In this document: piece after piece, positions 27,642 through 32,110 of the stretch
Layout: each line of letters starts with the position of its first letter
How positions within the stretch are numbered: the first letter of the stretch is position 1
From: Promethearchaeota archaeon
GTDB lineage: Archaea > Asgardarchaeota > Lokiarchaeia > Sigyniarchaeales > SOKP01
Direction: 5' to 3'
Length of the DNA stretch: 32,110 nt
Assembly: GCA_048940925.1 (NCBI GenBank)
Contig: JBHLOC010000054.1
Span: 1 to 32,110, forward strand
Position numbers and translations under genes: made by a program
Notes under the pieces: generated by a model
Told to the model about the DNA's origin: nothing
What the model saw: only the letters and a program-made list of their open reading frames with translations
Database searches by the model: none

Positions 27642-27894
27642 TCTCTCACCTCAAAAATTTATTAATGATTATGTTTAGTTATGTTCATTGGCTACTTAAT
27701 AATTACTATTTTGTAAAAACTCAAAAAAATTAAGTCTAAGCCATAATCTTTCTCCCTTTTGCATATATCGGAAAATTCGTGAAATGGAACTTTCACGATC
27801 ATCTTCTAAAATTATTAAAACTTTATAAAAAGCAGATAGAATAGAAAATTATAATAAATTTAACAATGTATTGAAATAGTTTCGAGATTATAAG

Positions 27895-28866
27895 ATGTTA
27901 GCTATTTTATTATGGATCTCTTTATTCATTATTGGTTACATCATTATATTTTTCGCTGCTGACGTTTTTTTAGATAATTTAAAGGAATTATGTATACTTT
28001 ACAATATATCACCATTTATTATCGGATTGATTATACTGGGTATAGATCCTGAGGAATCGATTGCATCAATATTTGCAGCTATTAATGGACTTACTTATAT
28101 TGCACTTGGAAATGTTATAGGAAATTCAATTATAGCATTGACTATACCTTTTGCCATTCCCCTTTTTTATTATAAGGTAGAATTTAATTCGGTATCGCAG
28201 TATTACTTTAATCTTATCTATTTTTCTTTGATTCTTATTTTAGCAGGGGTTTATTTTCATTTTGGATTATTGTTTGCTGGGATTTTTTGTATTTTAATAT
28301 ATTTTTTTTATCTAATTAGAAATTTGAGATCTATTTCAAGAGAAGATCTTGATAGAATTCTAATTAGTGAAGATTTAAAACAAATTAAATTAGAAGTACA
28401 AAAAGAAGAAAAAAATTCAAAATTCAAAAAATTCATTTTGGTTTTTATTGGATTAATTTTAATATTTTTAGGAGGAGAATTACTTATTTTCTCAGCAGGA
28501 AATATCATTTTATTAACAAAAATCCCTGAAACTTTTTTTGGATTTGTAATTATAGCGATTGTTACGAATGTAGAAGAAATAACATTACTCTTAAAATCAA
28601 TTAAAAAAAAGAGTTTTGAGATCGGTTTAGGAGGTATGATAGGGAAATTAATTTGGAATTTGACACTAACTTTCGGAGTCAGTGGAGTTATTGCTATGAA
28701 TACTTCTTTTATGTGGATTATATTATGGAATTGGTTTATTTTGCTATTTTTAATTATCTATTTTAATTATCTTTCTGTTAAAAAGAATTTAGGAAAAACA
28801 GAAGGACTAACATTATTAATTTTCTTTATACTCTTTATTTCAATCAATTTTGTTACAATTATTTAA
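27895..28866 (+). CDS. Sodium/calcium exchanger-family antiporter (YrbG-like)
   Basis: Two alpha-repeat-like segments (GIDPEE...LGNVIGNS; VTNVEE...LGGMIGK); about 10 TM segments. Confidence 0.88.
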   Translation: MLAILLWISLFIIGYIIIFFAADVFLDNLKELCILYNISPFIIGLIILGIDPEESIASIFAAINGLTYIALGNVIGNSIIALTIPFAIPLFYYKVEFNSVSQYYFNLIYFSLILILAGVYFHFGLLFAGIFCILIYFFYLIRNLRSISREDLDRILISEDLKQIKLEVQKEEKNSKFKKFILVFIGLILIFLGGELLIFSAGNIILLTKIPETFFGFVIIAIVTNVEEITLLLKSIKKKSFEIGLGGMIGKLIWNLTLTFGVSGVIAMNTSFMWIILWNWFILLFLIIYFNYLSVKKNLGKTEGLTLLIFFILFISINFVTII

Positions 28867-28880
28867 TAATTAAATAACTT

Positions 28881-29729
28881 TCATAAAAATCCAAGAAAAT
28901 CAGTAACTCCATCAATTTTCGGTATTTCAACTTTAAAATAACTTTTAACAATCTCAATTAAGAGTCTCAACAAGGGCATTTGTATAGTTTCTCCATATTT
29001 CTCTTCTATATAATCAATTAATAATTTTGAGCTAATAGGTTTATTTTCTCGATGTTTTATAAATTCAGCTATGGTCTTTGAAAATTCAAACACTTTTTGA
29101 ATCTCATTTCTCAAAATAATTAAAGATGGAACTAATTCAAGTTCAGATGTGAATTTTTTAGCAATACTTTTTTCAATATTTAGTTTTTTTGGATTAATTA
29201 ATTTGTTTTTATCTTGAACTATTTCCCGATTCTTAAACACAATATAGTCCTTATATCTCTTTCTATTATCTCTGTAATTTTCATTTGATATAGTGGTGAT
29301 ATCAATTTCAAAAAACCCATGCATTATGTATTTAAAGAATTTAACAACATGAGTATCAAGATATTCATCTTCAGAAATTATAAGTATTTTATCACCTAAA
29401 AATGCAGATTTAAAAACATACGCCATCAAGATCTCTGGAATATTTAACTTTACAAGCTCAAATTTGATAGTTTCTGTTTCATAATTAGGTGATTCTTCAG
29501 CTTCTTGAGCAATTGAAGTTTCAGTTGTTTCAATTTTAAAATCTGCTATGAAAGTATCTCTTACTATCAAATTTTTGTCTACATAAACAATAAAAGAATG
29601 TTCGCATATCATTCCAGCAGTAATATTTAATGCTAGAAGTCCTTTAGTAACATTTTTTGTGACATTATCTGCTATTTCGATTTTATCCCATTTTGAGCAT
29701 ATAGGACAACGAACATCTATTTTTGCCAT
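28881..29729 (-). CDS. Hypothetical protein with N-terminal CxxC...CxH Zn-binding module
   Basis: VRCPICSK...ICEHSFIVYVDKNLIVR; followed by an alpha/beta domain. Confidence 0.8.
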   Translation of the reverse strand: MAKIDVRCPICSKWDKIEIADNVTKNVTKGLLALNITAGMICEHSFIVYVDKNLIVRDTFIADFKIETTETSIAQEAEESPNYETETIKFELVKLNIPEILMAYVFKSAFLGDKILIISEDEYLDTHVVKFFKYIMHGFFEIDITTISNENYRDNRKRYKDYIVFKNREIVQDKNKLINPKKLNIEKSIAKKFTSELELVPSLIILRNEIQKVFEFSKTIAEFIKHRENKPISSKLLIDYIEEKYGETIQMPLLRLLIEIVKSYFKVEIPKIDGVTDFLGFL

Positions 29730-29876
29730 AAATATATTAAGTTGAATGTTATTCGATTATCTAAAAATATGGGTTAAGTTTCCCCAATTCCCAATACTTC
29801 GTATATATATAATAAATGAATTGATATCAATATATAAATTTGTTATAATCGTACAAAATGGAATTAAACTGTTTTA

Positions 29877-30356
29877 TTAGTATTTTCGAACTCTACCGTA
29901 ATTCTTTTCTATAAGGTTTGCAATAAGAAGGCATATAATCGCACTAAAGTTTTCCGCAATTAAAAATGACAAAGTATTGTCAAGAAATGTAACACAAATA
30001 AAATGTGTGCTAAAAAATAAAGCAATAAATATAAGAAATACAATTAGTAATGGCTTAGTTATAGGAAAACTTAAAAATTTCTCTAACTTCGTAGATGCTA
30101 TTTTTGATTTACGGAATTGACTCCTTAATTTCTCTCTCCTCTCAACTTGAGCATAACTTTCAAAAATTATCATTGTTGCAAAAAATAACGCAACAGTTAT
30201 TCCTATAGGCACTAAAATAACTACAAAATAGTTGCCTATTGCTAATACATATTGGCCAATAAATATAAAGAAAAGTTGAAATAAACCACACATTCCTAAT
30301 AATAATAATCCAATTCCAATATATTCCTTAGATTTCCAACGAATTCTAATCGGCAT
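29877..30356 (-). CDS. Hypothetical 4-TM membrane protein (start at ATG 30356, MPIRIRW)
   Basis: Four hydrophobic segments. The longer ORF-track start lies inside tRNA-Val. Confidence 0.78.
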   Translation of the reverse strand: MPIRIRWKSKEYIGIGLLLLGMCGLFQLFFIFIGQYVLAIGNYFVVILVPIGITVALFFATMIIFESYAQVERREKLRSQFRKSKIASTKLEKFLSFPITKPLLIVFLIFIALFFSTHFICVTFLDNTLSFLIAENFSAIICLLIANLIEKNYGRVRKY

Positions 30357-30382
30357 CTTTATTATTCGTTTGAATTTTATAG

Positions 30383-30456
30383 TGGGCCCGGCGCGATTTG
30401 AACGCACGACCTTCCGCACGTCAAGCGGACGTCATACCAGGCTAGACCACGGGCCC
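30383..30456 (-). tRNA. tRNA-Val(GAC), intron-less
   Basis: GGGCCCG/CGGGCCC acceptor + A73, anticodon arm UCCGC-UUGACGU-GCGGA, T arm GUGCG-UUCAAAU-CGCGC. Confidence 0.96.
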
Positions 30457-30578
30457 TTCTTATGCAATAAACACTGAAATTAAATGATATGTAATTTATA
30501 ATATTAAAAAATAAATATTTTATTAATATCATTAAAATCTTCACTGTATGTTCAAAATATTAAAAAAAAAAGATAAAT

Positions 30579-32110
30579 TTAAATTTTTAACTTCTTCTTA
30601 TCATATACTAATATACTAATCCAAGTTATTATAATACATATTGAGATAATTAGTATTTCAAATCCTGAAATTGCAGGTGGTTGAGAAGTTGATTTTTCAA
30701 CGGTTATTTTGATGGTAGCAGATATAACGTTACCATATGGATCTTCGGCGGTGATTTCCAACCAATACTCGCCAACTGAAAGAGCAATGGCGTTTGTTAT
30801 TAACCCTGTTCCACTATTAATAGCAAAATGTGTAGTATCATTTATAGAATAAATAACTCCAGAAAGATCATCGGCATTAACCTCGTAGTTGAATGGATCT
30901 CCTAATTCAATTGTCTGATCTTCAGGGTCCGGATTCCATACTGGATCAGTAGTATCTTCCACAGTAATCTTTATGACTGTAGTAATAGCATGCCCATATG
31001 GATCTTCAGCGGTGATTTCCAACCAATACTCGCCAACCGAAAGAGTAATAGCGTTTGTTATTAACCCCGTCCCACTATTAATAGCAAAATGTGTAGTATC
31101 ATTTATAGAATAAATAACTCCAGAAAGATCATCGGCATTAACCTCGTAGTTGAATGGATCTCCTAATTCAATTGTCTGATCTTCAGGGTCCGGATTCCAT
31201 TCTGGATTAATAGTATCTTCCACAGTAATCTTTATTACCGTAGAAATAGCGTGCCCATATGGATCTTCGGCAGTGATTTCTAACCAATACTTGCCAACCG
31301 AAAGAACAATGGCGTTTGTTATTAACCCCGTCCCACTATTAATTGCAAAATGTATAGTATCATTTATAGAATAATAAACTTCAGAAAGATCATCAGCATT
31401 AACCTCATAGATGAATGGATCTCCTAATTCAATTGTCTGATCTTCAGGTTCAGGATTCCATACTGGATCTGCAATATCTTGGAACATAAACTCGATATTT
31501 GAAGTATTGCTTTCACCCATATGACTGTAAGCGCTAATTCCATAATATATAATACCAACCTCTACTTCGCTATCATTAAATTCTGTGTTACTCGAAGTCG
31601 CTATCAATTTCATTTCTCCTCCTTCACTTTCATTCTTATATATATTATAATAAAGAACTGGAGCACCATATGTATAAGAATCGTCCCACCTCAAACAAAT
31701 TTGAAAGGGTGTTTGATATGCTATAAGATTCGGGGGTGGATCTGGTGGTGGAATTTTTATTTGTATGAAATCTATTTTAATTTTGTAATTGGTATAAGGT
31801 CTGCCATCCCAGTAATCATTTTGCTCAAATCCCAGGATAAAAAGCTCATCATTATCGAAATAATCGTCAGCACTACTGTCTATATTATAACTATAAAACC
31901 CTGAACTAGGAATCTGATTGATATTGTCCCACTGAGATGTTTCAAAATTCCAGAAATTAATGTTTAAATCACCAACTGTTTCCATAATGTCAAGATTCAC
32001 ATCAAATTCGATTATATTTTCAAAACCATATTCAGAACAATTAAATTGATATTCAAAGTTGATATCAGGTTTGTCGAAAATATAGTAAATATCAACAAAA
32101 TCAACATTTA
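30579..32110 (-). CDS. Cell-surface protein (5' partial): FN3-like domain, three cadherin/Ig-like repeats, C-terminal Loki-CTERM-like anchor
   Basis: Frame is open to the window end. PPDPPPNL...LRWD...YNIYK...YYGISAYS (FN3); 3x PxWNPxPEDQTIELG..F.Y.VNADD; tail AISGF + hydrophobic helix + KKKLKI. Confidence 0.88.
   Translation of the reverse strand, partial: NVDFVDIYYIFDKPDINFEYQFNCSEYGFENIIEFDVNLDIMETVGDLNINFWNFETSQWDNINQIPSSGFYSYNIDSSADDYFDNDELFILGFEQNDYWDGRPYTNYKIKIDFIQIKIPPPDPPPNLIAYQTPFQICLRWDDSYTYGAPVLYYNIYKNESEGGEMKLIATSSNTEFNDSEVEVGIIYYGISAYSHMGESNTSNIEFMFQDIADPVWNPEPEDQTIELGDPFIYEVNADDLSEVYYSINDTIHFAINSGTGLITNAIVLSVGKYWLEITAEDPYGHAISTVIKITVEDTINPEWNPDPEDQTIELGDPFNYEVNADDLSGVIYSINDTTHFAINSGTGLITNAITLSVGEYWLEITAEDPYGHAITTVIKITVEDTTDPVWNPDPEDQTIELGDPFNYEVNADDLSGVIYSINDTTHFAINSGTGLITNAIALSVGEYWLEITAEDPYGNVISATIKITVEKSTSQPPAISGFEILIISICIIITWISILVYDKKKLKI
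30700..31482 (-). repeat. Three near-identical 261-bp (87-aa) intragenic tandem repeats
   Basis: 'ggattcca' recurs at 30931, 31192 and 31453 (period 261). Confidence 0.92.

Noticed and set aside
30357-30419. N-terminal extension of the 180-aa ORF
   Set aside because: Overlaps tRNA-Val; ATG 30356 is the plausible start.
768-31904. Short antisense or overlapping ORFs in the track (e.g. 768-974, 1970-2648, 6002-7189, 9358-9721, 12112-12447, 18102-20152 on +, 21679-22835, 26619-26906, 31521-31904)
   Set aside because: Shadows of well-supported genes; no motifs of their own.
1-32110. CRISPR array or IS element
   Set aside because: No regularly spaced repeat-spacer array or transposase; long repeats are intragenic.

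Overview
Very AT-rich archaeal DNA, almost certainly from an Asgard archaeon (Lokiarchaeia/Promethearchaeia). Support: a complete ESCRT cluster (Vps22/36-like EAP30, Vps25, MIT-Vps4, Vps2/24/46-type ESCRT-III), a 7TM-longin-like fusion and a Loki-CTERM-type surface protein. The rest is mostly housekeeping and metabolic genes (MBL hydrolase, HAD, acyl-CoA ligase, MFS, NDP-sugar pyrophosphorylase, CyaB, Nop2/RsmB, Nip7, PfkB, TetR-flavodoxin-4Fe4S operon, ProC, GYD, Na/Ca antiporter) plus two tRNAs. Main finding: the apparently truncated metallo-beta-lactamase-fold gene (3254-3931, minus strand) contains a 30-nt insertion (3358-3387) with an in-frame stop. It folds into a near-canonical bulge-helix-bulge (BHB) motif, and cutting at the standard splicing-endonuclease positions restores ...PMHN-WGKD... 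and a full 215-aa protein. This makes it a candidate tRNA-type intron in an Asgard mRNA. The tRNA-Gly(GCC) gene carries two introns. Both intron-bearing genes lie tail-to-tail with a free-standing endonuclease gene (LAGLIDADG and Zn-ribbon/PD-(D/E)XK respectively), which suggests a micro-intron plus trans-acting endonuclease 'collaborative homing' system. All calls are from manual reading; no searches were run.
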